A stretch of 64,000 nucleotides of DNA. Source: Eledone cirrhosa. Its lineage: Eukaryota. The stretch spans positions 111,972,001-112,036,000 of the forward strand of contig OZ024742.1 of NCBI GenBank assembly GCA_964016885.1, given 5' to 3'. The translations under genes and the position numbers were made by a program. The notes beneath the pieces were generated by a model. It was not told the DNA's origin. It did no database searches and saw nothing but the letters and a program-made list of their open reading frames with translations. Position 1 is the first letter of the stretch, and every line of letters starts with the position of its first letter. This document shows, piece after piece, positions 43,341-56,731 of the stretch.

Positions 43341-46248
43341 TATATATATAACGAAGGAAATGTGGTAATGAACCAAATGGACCATAACGCACCAAAATTC
43401 TCAATACTTAGGGTAGTAGAGTGGGTAACAGGAACGAGTAGGACCTCGACCGCTGATCTCAAGCACTTTCGACGGCTAATTCTGGACCAAATGAACATAT
43501 TTATCATGGTACATGAATAGCCGAGCTTCTCAGATGGTAATTCCATATATGGTAAAAGTGATTGTCACAAGGATTGGTCAAAAGTTTGTTGTTGAGACAC
43601 ATAATTCTATCTTGGCATTTTGTGGAAGGAAGGGGTAGCTGAACTTGCCAGTAGAAGAAAGAGGGAGAGGGATTGGAGGAAACCCAGTCGTGCGTTGAAA
43701 GTGGCAACTACAGCAGGATCCTAAGGATAAGAGGTCGAGAAAGTATACTACGGAGGGGGAGGGGGAGGAAGTCGAAACAATAATTAAATCAATACGGGGT
43801 AAATATATAGAAGAATATTAAGAATGTTAAAAATATAAAAAAACAATTTCTGGTTACTATTCCCTTACCACAATCATCAAGTCTCTCACTTGTACTGCCA
43901 AAGTACAGACAAGTTTAATAGGTGGGACGGAATACTAAATACGAGATTGTAGTGAAAGAATTTTATGAGTTAGTAGTACTCATCCAAATCTATGTTACAG
44001 TGACAGGTCAACAATTAGGGGGCCAAATACTAAAGAAACTACTACGAAATAATAATTCAGAGTCCCGAAACTAATACGAAATAATAATTCAGAATGCCGA
44101 AAATGAATACTAATATACGAGAAACTGAAGCAGAGATACCACTAAGAAATCTAGAAAGCACGGAAATGGGGCAGCCATCGGATAAGAAAGCAAGTATCTG
44201 GGGTCTATCACATCTGCTATAGCAAGCGTAGTTGGCCAATTCTATCATAGAATAGGTGATGGGGGTGGGGGTAATGAGGCTACAAAGGACCGAAGGGCTG
44301 CCTCTGGGTGGGCGAGAAACTAAAAATGACGACGAAAAAGAAGGAGAACTGGGGTGGAAGGACTAGGAAGGGAGGGGGGGGGAGGAAATATAGAGGAAAC
44401 GATAAAAAGATATATAAGAAAATCTTACGTCAACCTTTGCAAGCAGGGGTTACCTTACCCTTAAAGTGTACAACCCCAGTAGTACAGACCGGGTCCTTAA
44501 ACAATTAATCAATTTCTTCCGCAACTGGGGATTTAAATAACCCTACAAAGGTCCCTAACCCGAGTTAACTTGCTGGACGTTACCCTTGACCTCGATAATG
44601 ACCTGTACTACCCATACAGGAAACCCAACCACAACAAGCACTACATCCACCGACGGTCAAACCATCCTAGAAATACCACCAATAACCTGGTTAAAAACAT
44701 CTCCCTCCGCATATCTCTTTTGTCCGCTAATGAGCAGATATTCGAGGAACATTAACCTTATTACAACCCGGCCCTCAAGCGGAGTGGCTTCCGGGAGGAT
44801 ATATCCTACTGTCCAGCTCCCATTAGCGGAACCAGCAGGCGACACCGCCACTCATGCAACTTAACATGGTTCAATCCTGCCCACAACGCTGAGTTGACAA
44901 CACCTATCGGGACAATCTTCTTTAGGCTCATCGAAAAACACTTCCCACTACAACACCGCTACCATAACATAATCAACAAAAATACCATCAAACTCTCCTA
45001 CAGCACCACACCTAACTTTGCACAAAACATCGTCTCCTCTAACAACAAAAAACTCAACCCCTATGGAAGAAATAACCTAAATAGCAGCGGAGATCCGACC
45101 AGGAGATGCAACTGTCCAGAGCCAATTCTTACACGGGAGGACACCGTCCGTGCAATTTATGCTCGGAGGAAACATTACAAATGCTGTTTTCGACGGACTA
45201 ACTCCTAAACAAGAAAGACGAACTGGTAACTGCATGCACACATGGATTGCGTAGAACTTACCTCGTCCTCAAACCCCATAATGATCCGGGGGGGGGGGTA
45301 GACAAGGGCTGTAACACTCCACTTGCCGACTTTGTAATGGGTAACCCCTGCTTGTAAAGGTAGACGTAACATTTTCTTATATATCTTTTTATCGTTTCCT
45401 CTATATTTCCTTCTTCCCCCCCCCCATCCCTTTCGATAGCAGATGTGATAGACCCCAGATACTTGCTTTCATATCCGATTGCTGCCCCATTTCCGTGCTT
45501 TCTAGATTTCATAGTGGTATCTGTGTTTCAGTTCTCGTATATCATTTTTTTTTGGGGGGGGGGGTCGATTCTGAATTAATATTTTTCGTATCAAATTTTT
45601 CATATATATCGTACGAGCATTTATGTAGTTTGTATTAGAATTTTTGTATCGTAGTGGCTCCCTTATATATTGTTTTAGAATTCATTTTCGGGATTCTGAA
45701 TTATTAATTCGTATTAGTCTCGGGACTCTGAATTATTATTTCGTAGTAGTTTATTTAGTATTTTGGCCCCCTAATTGTTGACCTGTCACTGTAACATAGA
45801 TTCGGATGATTACTACCAACTCATAAAATTATTTCACTACAATCTCGTATTTAGTATTCCGTCCCACCTATTAAACTTTTCTGTACTTTGGCAGTACAAG
45901 TGCGAGACTTGGTGATTGTGGTAAGGGAATATTAACCAGAAATTGTTTTTTTATATTTTTAACATTCTTATTATCCTTCTATATATTTACTCCGTATTGA
46001 TTTACTTATTGTTTCAACTTCCTCCCCTCCCCCTCCCTAGTATACTTTCTCGACCTCTTATCCTTAGGATCCTGCTGTAGTTGGCACTATCAACGCGCGA
46101 CTGGTTTCCTCCACTCCCTTTCCCTCTTTCTTCTACTGGCAAGTTCAACTACCCCTTCCTTCTATAAAATGCCATGATAGAATTATGTGTCTCAACAACA
46201 AACTTTTGACCAATCCTTGTGACAATCACTTTTATCATATATGGAATT

Positions 46249-46344
46249 ACCCCCTGAGAAGCTCGGCTATTCATGTAGCAGGATAAAAATGTTCATTTAG
46301 TCCAGAATTAGCCGTCGAAACGGCTTGAGCTCAGCCGTCGGGGT
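46249..46344 (+). ncRNA. Type I HHR-like motif with full helix III and variant core (inverted, more degenerate copy at about 43443-43538)
   Basis: acccc CTGAGAA gct cggcta...tagccg tc GAAA cggct tgagctc agccg TC ggggt. Confidence 0.6.
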
Positions 46345-46354
46345 CCTACATGTT

Positions 46355-46394
<40 letters not shown>

Positions 46395-46399
<5 letters not shown>

Positions 46400-46539
46400 G
46401 TAGTAACACAACAGTTAGTTCACCACACTGAGAACAGTTGTCTCACTTTAGCGGATCCTCAGCTCGTAATCTTAGGATCCGCTAAGGTGAAACAATTGTT
46501 CTCGGTATGTTGAACTAACTGTGGTGTAACCACTTCTAC
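46395..46539. repeat. Imperfect hairpin (about 65-bp arms), MITE-like
   Basis: tagaagt..cagttagttca..ttagcggatcct / aggatccgctaa..tgaactaactg..acttcta. Confidence 0.8.
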
Positions 46540-46626
46540 CTAATTCGTCCCATGGACTGAGTGCTCTACCACTACGGATATTACCTTCCAGTGTTCTACC
46601 ACTATATATATATATATATATAATAT

Positions 46627-46704
<78 letters not shown>

Positions 46705-46951
46705 CGAAGGAAATGTGGTAAGGAACCAGGTGGACCATAACGCACCAAAGTACTCAATACTTAGGGTAGTAGAGTGGGTAATAGGAACGAGTAGGACCTC
46801 GACGGCTGAGCTCAAGCCGTTTCGACGGCTAATTCTGGAATTAGCCGTCGAAACGGCTAGAGCTCAGCGGTTGGGGTCCTACTCGTTCCTATATATATAT
46901 ATATATACATACATACATATTTACATATATATATATATATACATACATATT

Positions 46952-46989
<38 letters not shown>

Positions 46990-47082
46990 CATGCATATTT
47001 AAATATATATATATATATACATACATATATACATATACACATATATACATATATACATACATATATACATATATATATATAC

Positions 47083-47115
<33 letters not shown>

Positions 47116-47256
47116 CATTTTTACATATATACATACATATATATACATTTTTACATATATACATACATATATACATACACATATATATATATACATATAT
47201 GATGACTGCCCTCTCGTTATCGAGTATGGTCATTGCACGATATACCATTATTAATA

Positions 47257-48020
47257 GTATTTCCTACAACTTACCCAAGAGAATCTGTACTATAATCTCC
47301 AATATAAACACCTGTTACTTACGGCTACAAGAACTAAAGTACACACTCATTGGCAGGGACTACCCTACATTACTAATTGACAATGGAATCCAACGTGCAC
47401 TAAAACTCAGTACCCAGGACCTTAGGCACCTAAAGTAAATCAATCGAAACTAAAAGCTTTTCCATACATCTCCATACACAACCTCCTCAACAATGGGGCC
47501 TTTGACACCATCCTCCAGAACATCCCTGTGTTAAAAAATGACCATAGAATGAACCAAATCCTTCGAACACACGATATCATAAAGAGCAAAAGACAATCTA
47601 AGTCAATGAAAAACATCCTAACACATGCCAACGTACCCACACAACAACGAAACCCACAGTAAAAAAAATGCGATAGACGCAACTGTGGCATATGCATCAG
47701 CCTAATAGAGGGTTCGGAATTCTATTTCAAAGAAGGACAACGTTTTATAGTAAAATACAATTTCACATTCGCATCTGAAAATCTAATATATGTATTAACT
47801 TGCTCAGGCTGTCGAGAACAATACATAGGCCAAACCAAAAAAAGCATCCGCCAACGCATGGCTGTCCATAGATCCCAAATTAAAATACGAGAATACAGAA
47901 CAATACCACTGAGTGAACACATTGATACCTGTGCCGCACAAAATCATCCCAACTTTAGAATCTTTCCCCTCTACAAATTTAAAGATAATGCCACCCACAC
48001 CCAGCGCATCAGAATCGTTT
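47257..48020 (+). mobile_element. Degenerate PLE fragment related to family B (thumb, Cys linker, GIY-YIG)
   Basis: [32 protein letters not shown]; KCDRRNCGIC; NLIYVLTCSGCREQYIGQT; IFPLYK; contains stops. Confidence 0.85.
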
Positions 48021-48176
48021 TTTCAAATTACTGATATCGAATAATGTACACTATTTTTACCAGTATCACAAAAATACTGGTCTATCCACACACACACACA
48101 CAAACACACACATATACACACATATATACACACGCGTACACTAACATACAGACAGACAGATACACACACACACACT

Positions 48177-48209
<33 letters not shown>

Positions 48210-48308
48210 ACTTCTCCGTATAAGACAAGAGCTGAAAAATATCTTTCAACATGTTAAAATATCCCCCACACACGTACAGACACATTCCCTCTACCACGAA
48301 CAACTCTG

Positions 48309-48352
<44 letters not shown>

Positions 48353-48933
48353 TTGTCTTAATAGACACCTGAACTGTTGACCTTTCAACATGACTGCAAT
48401 TCACAAACACATCCCTACTGACTATTATCACAACAATGAACCTCTTTACTACACACACACACACACACACATATTTGTCTTAAAATACTTATTTTTCAGT
48501 GACTTCTCAATCAGGCGAAAAAGGACACTCTTCGACAAAACTACATTTGGCGGAAAATCAATTTTTAACATTCACGTGACCTCTACTGACCAATCAAAAT
48601 TGTTTTAACTACAAGAATTTTTGCAACACGAATTGGCGCGAAACTTATAGTACTCATTCACGAGACATTCAACAACCAACCAAATCTTAATACCTCTTGA
48701 GCCACTTTTTTCACATAAAATAGGTAGAATTTCCAAAACTGATCAGATTAGAGCAAACATCACGGGCGCTCTATTTCAAAATTATTTTTGAAAAGCATTA
48801 GAAATGAGCAATCGTTAAAAACTTAAAACTAAAACTGAATACTAACCAATACTTATTACTAATTTTTACTTATTCCTAATTAAACTATTTTTCATTGGGA
48901 ACAATTTGTCAGCATTTTCTTTTCCTTTTACTA

Positions 48934-48971
<38 letters not shown>

Positions 48972-51900
48972 TTTGGGTCCAGGGTTTGACATGTGTCAAT
49001 TTCATAAAATGTTAGCCCTTAGTCGAGAAAGGAGAATCTATATAACAGTGTTCTGGGAATATAGTATTCTGATAGAAAATTTCTCTATGACGGCAAGCTA
49101 TTCTCTCATTACTGATCTATGCCATATATAGTAGATTCCTCTGCAATTCTCTGTTTATAGCTTCCTAAAACAGCGAGAACTATGTGTTAATGTAAGTATG
49201 AAAAGATACATTTATGTTGTCGATTATATATAGACGATGTAATTTACTGCATCAATGTTATAACTTATATAATTATATGTGAGTGACAGAAACACATAAC
49301 TGGACAGAAAGGGATTTTATTTTATTTCCATAATACAACGGTATTGTTACGAATTCCATTTTAAGCTAGCTAAATCCCTTGCTATTTTAAGCTAGCTTCA
49401 TATTAAAACATATGTTTTTTTACATGTACGTAATTACAACGTTAAAATGAGTTCCAAGTGTTGCAGTTGAGACCATTTTACTGTTATATTGTTAAGTTAC
49501 TGCTGATATTATAGTACGCAACCGACCCGTAGCAACGTTACACTCCAGATATTTTCTACAGTTTAGTACTAATTGCCACTGTTCTTTTTTCAATTGGCAA
49601 TTATTCAGTAAAGAATATAATATATGCAAATAAAATCATCAAATCACTTGTGACAATGATTACTATTAAATAATTTAAGCATATTTCAACGGTTATTGTT
49701 ATCGGTTTAGAAAACCTAAATTATGAATTTGTTTAACGTACCTGCTCTTCCCACGCAGAGGAATTCTCTTTTCCACGCAGATAAATCTAAACGAAACACA
49801 TAGACCAATACGGTCATAAGTAAATACATAAATAAATAAATAAGTAAATGCATAAATACATGAATAAATAAATGAACGAATGAAGCAAGTTAGAAAAGAA
49901 GACGATGCTTATAAATTGCTATCGATTTGATTTTTTATTGAAAATTAATTCCCAAATTAGCATTTGTGTGAATATTCGAAAATAATAATAGAACGTCATT
50001 GGTGGTGTTGATTATGATAGTTCTAATGGTATTCGTTAACATGAGGCTGGGGAGGGAACGTGAAGTAGTGTTACAATGATAAATAGGAGGAGGGTGATTG
50101 TGATATTTGAGATTATCAATCTCTAGAAAGAAACCTTCTGCGGCAATATGTCTAAATATAATGTAGCGGAAAGTGAGTTATTCAAAATTCGGCGAGCCGT
50201 ATCAACAAGCTAGTCGAGTCGGTTACATGTCAGATTGAAGCTCATTTATATTAGTTCATTTAGAGTAGAAATTTCCCATTTATCATCAGTAAATTTTCCA
50301 ATAATGAAGATTATACGAAGGCCTCTGAAGACAAGCTGATCATTTACTTTTCAATATTTAGTTTGATCTCGACATAAACCTGACGCCAAATAAACGTTTA
50401 AGAAAACAGTAAATGTAATTAGCCAATATATAAACAGTAATCACTCATTAACTATGATACTCCGTTATGGGTAGTTAGCACGTGATGTATTAGTATTAGT
50501 TGTATCAGTTAGGTTAAGCACTACCTCTGATAGTGTACTGCAGGGGAAATAATACTGAGTAGTATATCAACTACTAATAGTTTATGAATTTATTCCAAAC
50601 GTGACGAATATGAAAGTGTATAGCTCATTTATACTATCAATTTAAAAGTGATTAGGGATGATACAAACGAAATGGTAGATTAATTCAACTCTGTTCGTTA
50701 GAGGGAGATGTAATTGTAAATATTTATTTGTTGGCAAGTAATATCAAATGTGTTTCATAATTATTGTACAAGTTTCATTGCCTTGTGGTAAATACGAGTA
50801 TACAACACCCATTAAGTTAATATTTAGAAAGGCTTGACTTACTTAATCTAGCAGCCACATTTCTCAAGATTGCCACTGTACAATCTTTAGAAAATAAACG
50901 ATTCATATAGGCTAATAGAATCTATTACACATTATGTGTGCCAGAAAGGCCACAGTGGGTTAGGCCATTTAAAACAAATAGGGGGTAAAACAATTTTGCT
51001 TTGTTAAGAGATTGTTTAGAAGCGACATATATTTTGCATTGCAAAGAAACACCGGTATAATATAATGTAGATTCAATTGATGCTATGCTATTTGGATGTG
51101 TTTCGTTTTCGATATACTATTCGCACAAAATATGCATTAAGTATCGTCATATACAATAGGTTATCTCGAAAAACTATGTAAATGTTATGTGATGTAGATA
51201 AGAATACTTTTAGAAATAATTTCGTAAACATTCTGATATATAGAAATAACAATAAGATTAGACTAATATTTATAATGGGACATATTCGATAATTATGCAA
51301 TGGAAAAACTATATAATTCATTGACAATGCTCATTCTATGTAAATGCTGATGTGAGAACATAACTTACATGAGTTGTCATATGACTCAATATTGAATAGA
51401 GTAATATGATTCAGAAATATGTGTATTGCCTTCTGATTAGGAATATAGACAGCGGTAATAGATAAACCATTTTGTCGTGTGTTGAAGAGAGCATTAGATT
51501 TGACTATTGGATATTATTGAACTTTGTCGAAATCCCAATGTTACATGGGAAAATGAGCAATGCCGTCCGTATACATCAATCACTTTCCCAAAGATATATA
51601 TTTATAGAAACTTTGGATACACACACAGAAATGCATTCATAAAACACACACACAGCCACATACTCATGCACGCACCCATCCACCCACTCACACACGCACA
51701 CATATATGAATATACATTGAGAGATGTATGTGAAAGGATGGAAAGCCTCTCCTATATGTTTATTCTTAATTTATTTCTATGTGTTTACAATAAACAAGAG
51801 AGTGTACGTAGAGACGTAACTATATGCGTGCTCATATTTAAGCAAAGATTGTTTAGAGTACTATGTGTGCGTAAACAATGTTCTCTTCTACACTGATTTA

Positions 51901-52521
51901 TGGCCTGAAGACGGTGGGTGGCTGATAAGAGTGAAAATAATTAATTAGCTCGAAAATAGACATAAAGCTGCAGTGTTTTTATACCATTATAAAGTAAACT
52001 ATGAACTAAGGAATGACTATATGGACAAAAGAGTTAGTTACTGCTGTGTACATAACACTGAATATCCAATGTTTATTTTGCTGTTCTAAACGCACTTTCA
52101 TACTGAGATTAAACAAGGCAAACATCACTTTCGGTTTTAGAAGATTGATTAAAAATATCGATTTAATGAAAAATCCCAATGGTCTAAAATGGTCACAGGG
52201 TTATTTTCAGATATAAAATGGTACATGAGTGTGAACAGAATCATTTAATAGCAACTCAGTCATTTTGTTGTTAAACATGCACCCCCTTTTATATATATAT
52301 TTAAGCGTCTGTAGTTATGTACGCATATATATCACAGGTATATATGACAGCATACACGCACACTCACACATATACACACGTACACACACACACACATTCA
52401 CATAAACACAGGCACAGACACACACTAACACTTTCAATATATTGTTTTAGCGAATATTCAATCGTAGCAACAGTGAACCGTCAGTTTTGTGGGAAGATGA
52501 TATTGTATATGACGTCGATTA

Positions 52522-52903
52522 CACTGGTCAACAAAAAAATATTCATTTCATGGTTCTGGTATAATTTAGTATGATTCTAGGGTAACCAAGTGTGCAGAAT
52601 CTGAATATGACAACGGTTAAGCTGTATCGGGTCTAGTTTTCAAGAACCAGCATATCCATGTTTATGACCCATAGCTATGTGGCTCATATTACTTCATCCA
52701 ATTGTATCCACTATATTTAGTTGTTAACTAATTTATATTTGCTGCTTTTGTTATGTTCACAGAATTGTAACTATGCTCAGCTATTCTTGGATAATTCACA
52801 ACAACTTTGACTAGTGGGAGAGATGGAACGCCGGAAATGTGTAAATGACCCGGACCGATTTTGCTATATTTGTGGACTCTTTACCCAAGAAAGCATGAAG
52901 AAA

Positions 52904-52908
<5 letters not shown>
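52522..52908 (+). mobile_element. 5' end of a DNA transposon, probably Chapaev3-like (CMC), truncated by microsatellite
   Basis: CACTGGTCAACAAAAAAA terminus; ATG 52823 MERRKCVNDPDRFCYICGLFT resembles the C.N.PD.FCYICG N-terminus of this transposase group (family call from recall). Confidence 0.5.
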
Positions 52909-52940
<32 letters not shown>

Positions 52941-52941
<1 letters not shown>

Positions 52942-53118
52942 TATGTATGTATGTATGCGTACATACATATATGTATACAGACGTACAGTAGTATGTATAT
53001 ATATACATACATGCACACATATATGCACGTATCGGTTTACCGAACATCTATTATAATGCTCGGTTTGTTTACAAACAAACCGAGCATCATAACAGATGTT
53101 CGGTGAATCCATACGTAC

Positions 53119-53152
<34 letters not shown>

Positions 53153-53274
53153 ATGTATGTATATATATACATACTACTGTACGTATGTATACATATATGT
53201 ATGTACGTATACATACATACATACTTACATTTAAGTAACTGCCGTACTAAGAGTGAGAAATAAAATTTCGTTTC
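52941..53274. repeat. Fold-back palindrome (52941-53224) made from an R1-related segment
   Basis: Centre cggtttgttt-ac-aaacaaaccg. The right arm and extension match the R1 unit (tactgtacgt..catacttacatttaagtaa.tgcc.tactaagagtgagaaat.aaatttcgttt). Confidence 0.8.
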
Positions 53275-53909
53275 TTTCTATTCCATATATATATAGATAC
53301 ATATATATACTAACAGGTTTATCCCCAAAGTAACAATACTACGTTTCTTATGTACAGCATTGTAACTCAGAACAATGTATCAGCATATTGGCTGCACGCA
53401 CTTACTTGATCGATTGAGTCAATAGTGACTTATTGCTATGTATGTACAGATGTGCTTATACACTCTGTTACGTGTGTGATGCAGAAAAATATTGAACAAC
53501 GCAACGCGGTAAAATTTCGTTTATGATTTCTACATCTTCCCTAAGTTGGTTTCGAAGTTGAAGGGTCATCATTATCGGACTTTGGAAAACATACAAATCA
53601 TTATAATCCACAATCTAAGCGCACTCACATAAAATCACCTACGGTACTGTTACGATCAATAAAAAAAACAATGTTGAAAGCACTGTGTGATTCACATGGT
53701 TCATATTTTAAACGAGATAACTTGTAATTCCATGTCTGTTTTATAGATATTTAAATAAAAAAAACGGTAAGTTTACTTTTGTGAGAAAGCTCGTATAACA
53801 TCTTACATACACAATCACACACAAACTCACGTGCAATCGTAGATATATACGCATATATTTTAATATATATATATATTTGTATTTATACGCACATATATGC
53901 GTACATACA

Positions 53910-54770
53910 TGATGATGACGATGGCTGCAACCCGATTTCGAGTAATGATACTTAAACATGGGCATCACAGATCTGGCCTTTTAGTCCTGCTAGGGATTTT
54001 ACCTATGGCCAGCAATATCATGCATCGCAAAAAAATATCGCGTATCAAGCGATATCTGTACTTAACGCTTTTTAAAGTAAGGAAAGGTTTTTCACGAGGC
54101 CAATCCCTTCTCTGAACATCAAGTGCAGTTGCCCCAAAAGAAGACCTGGTTTACATCATTGGATGCAATTTTAGTCGCAAGTTTTATATCAGAGTGAACA
54201 TCTCCTAAAGAGATGTGTTAATGAAGACTAGGAATCTCTCGTTCCACAAACAAACAAAAATTGGATTGCCGTTGACTCTCCTGAGTTACTCCTCCCTTTG
54301 ACGGATTTTGCTTTTCATCACGTAGCGTGTCCTCAACCACCTTCCTCATCAAGCAAACTAGGTGAGATTGCCGTACATATATACATATAAACATACATAC
54401 ATACATACATACATACATACATACATACATACATACATACATACATACATACATACATTTAATATCCGAATAAAACACAAACATATCAGATAGAGCATAG
54501 TGATATGGAATAAAGAAAAGGGGGCAAACATAATAATGGAAATACGCTGCGCCGCAGATTTCAATATCATTCTAAAGGTAGTAAACGAAAGATATTTATA
54601 ATGAACTAATGAGGACTATTCACAAAATCTACCCTGACAATGCCTTTATATCTGTACCTATGGTCAATGGAACTCTGGGATATGACACTAACTGCCTCAG
54701 TTCAAATTTGAAAAGCTGGGGTTCACAGACAGATAAAAAATATGTAAAGCATTTCAAAAATGCAGCATGT
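53910..54770 (+). mobile_element. Highly degenerate R4/NeSL-like (restriction-like endonuclease) LINE fragments
   Basis: SIVIWNKEK..IMEIRCAADFNI..K..IYNELMRTIHKIYPD..VPMVNGTLGY..CL..NL..WG resembles a PD-(D/E)xK C-terminus; interrupted by (CATA)n. Confidence 0.45.
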
Positions 54771-55394
54771 AATCACATGTACACAACTATAGTCACAGAA
54801 ATATATGCAAGTATACACATAACTCAAAACATACAGATCTACACATGTAATAACACCCATACCTGCACAGTACACATAAGCAAGCAAATAGGGATATATA
54901 TACGTTTTTGTCATAGTTGATCTTGTATAAATTCTAATGAAAGAATCTTGTGTTCATGTTAGAAACAAACTCTCTCTCTCTCTCTCTATTGGTGACAATT
55001 TATGAAATGATTATACCAAGAAAGCATACATACATATATGAATACATACATACATGCTTGCATGCATACACACATGAATGTGTACATATACACATGGCAC
55101 ATTCATATCTATTATGTATATAGTCCGTTTTATAGACAATTGAATAGGCACATTATGAAGTAATCACCAACTGAATCCATTTGGCTTGTGAAATTACGTC
55201 ATACATTGTATTCCTGTTCACGTATTAGATTTGTGGGTACGATGTTATGCATATTCTAATGTTAGTTATTGTACGAAAAGTGAACGTATACCTACAATCC
55301 ATATCATTCAAACGATCATATTCTTTGTGAACGTTGTATTCCTTACACTGCGAAACAGTGTGGTGTTTCGCAGTGCCGTCATAATAAAGAATAT

Positions 55395-55494
55395 TTGTTT
55401 CTACTTTAGGCACAAGGCCAGCAATAACCCAGTTCATTACTGGTACTTTATTTTATCGACCCCGTAAGGATGAAAGGCAAAGTCAACCTCGGCG
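55395..55494 (-). mobile_element. SINE 3' half
   Basis: Reverse-complement body and tail. Confidence 0.8.
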
Positions 55495-56341
55495 TATTGT
55501 CATAATTGTCATAATAAAGAATATTGCGCATACATACACGTCCTTACTGATATAGTTATATTTGGAGCATTATTAGTAAAACGTAAATGTATTTTGCATC
55601 GTATGATAGTAAATTCTCTTACAACACATTAATTGATAACCCCTCTTAAGCTTATAAAACACCATAGACAATATACGCTAAGTAAATATTTATATGTTAG
55701 AATTATAAAATATTATACTTTTGATCGAATCAACAATAATTTTAAGTGCTTAGGACGATTTTCAATCAAAAATCAAAACAGTGTGTAAGTCAAGCCAGTG
55801 TACTGATTCAACATTTCAACACTTAGAACACTATGTATATGCTCATCACAAGCAATCATACAATCAAACACACACATATACACACACACCCCTCCCCATA
55901 CATACCCACGCGCACACACACACACACATACACACTCACACACTCACACATGACTTCACATTCACACGCACGCACACCCCCATATATATGCTTTATATAT
56001 TGAAACCAGTGACAAAATAACGATGTGCTTACATGAGGTGTGTCTTCCTCATATATGTTTATGACACAGATAACATATTTTATTCAGGGTCTGATAACGA
56101 TATTATCTCTGGACATCATTTCTTCGTTTTTGTGTATGACATTACGGTGCGCTATTTCCCAGCCAAAAGAAATTGCAGGTTACCTGGATACGGTATGCCA
56201 TTTTAAATCTATTGTATAATAAATGTTTATACAGAATCTCCAGGTACTCTCTCACCATGTATTTGTTTCTGTTTAGCTAGATACATTTCCGCTCTTTCTA
56301 ATACTCGCTCTATAAATATACATATATATATAATATATATG

Positions 56342-56494
<153 letters not shown>

Positions 56495-56495
56495 A

Positions 56496-56534
<39 letters not shown>

Positions 56535-56587
56535 AATATAATATATAAATATAATATATATATATAATATATAAATATAATATATAA

Positions 56588-56649
<62 letters not shown>

Positions 56650-56731
56650 GATAAATCTACCAAAATATACGGTAGTATCCAATCCGTATGAAGAAGTACT
56701 CAATGTAATCCAAATATCATGAAAAGAGAAG

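Larger units (their letters stand above)
43349..46892 (+). mobile_element. PLE family E: internally deleted coding fragment (about 44560-45260) with about 1-kb inverted pseudo-LTRs and a further fold-back piece
   Basis: LLDVTLDL..YRKPN..SNHP, WFNP, FFRLIEKHFP..NKNTIKLSYS, CNCP, CNLC.EE..LLNKKDELV..C.H (related to family A). 43432-44480 is inverted at 45300-46355; 46703-46892 is a fold-back copy. Confidence 0.85.

Noticed and set aside
48730-48794. CTGATCA..tagagc/gctcta..CAAA HHR-like shape after the 47257 PLE fragment
   Set aside because: Two essential core G residues are changed; at best a dead relic.
49141-49197. Possible 31-nt exon (ttctctgtttatag...gtaagt); also an acceptor-like site at 2091-2104
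   Set aside because: Splice-like motifs alone are common; no homology or partner exons are visible. RNA-seq would be needed.
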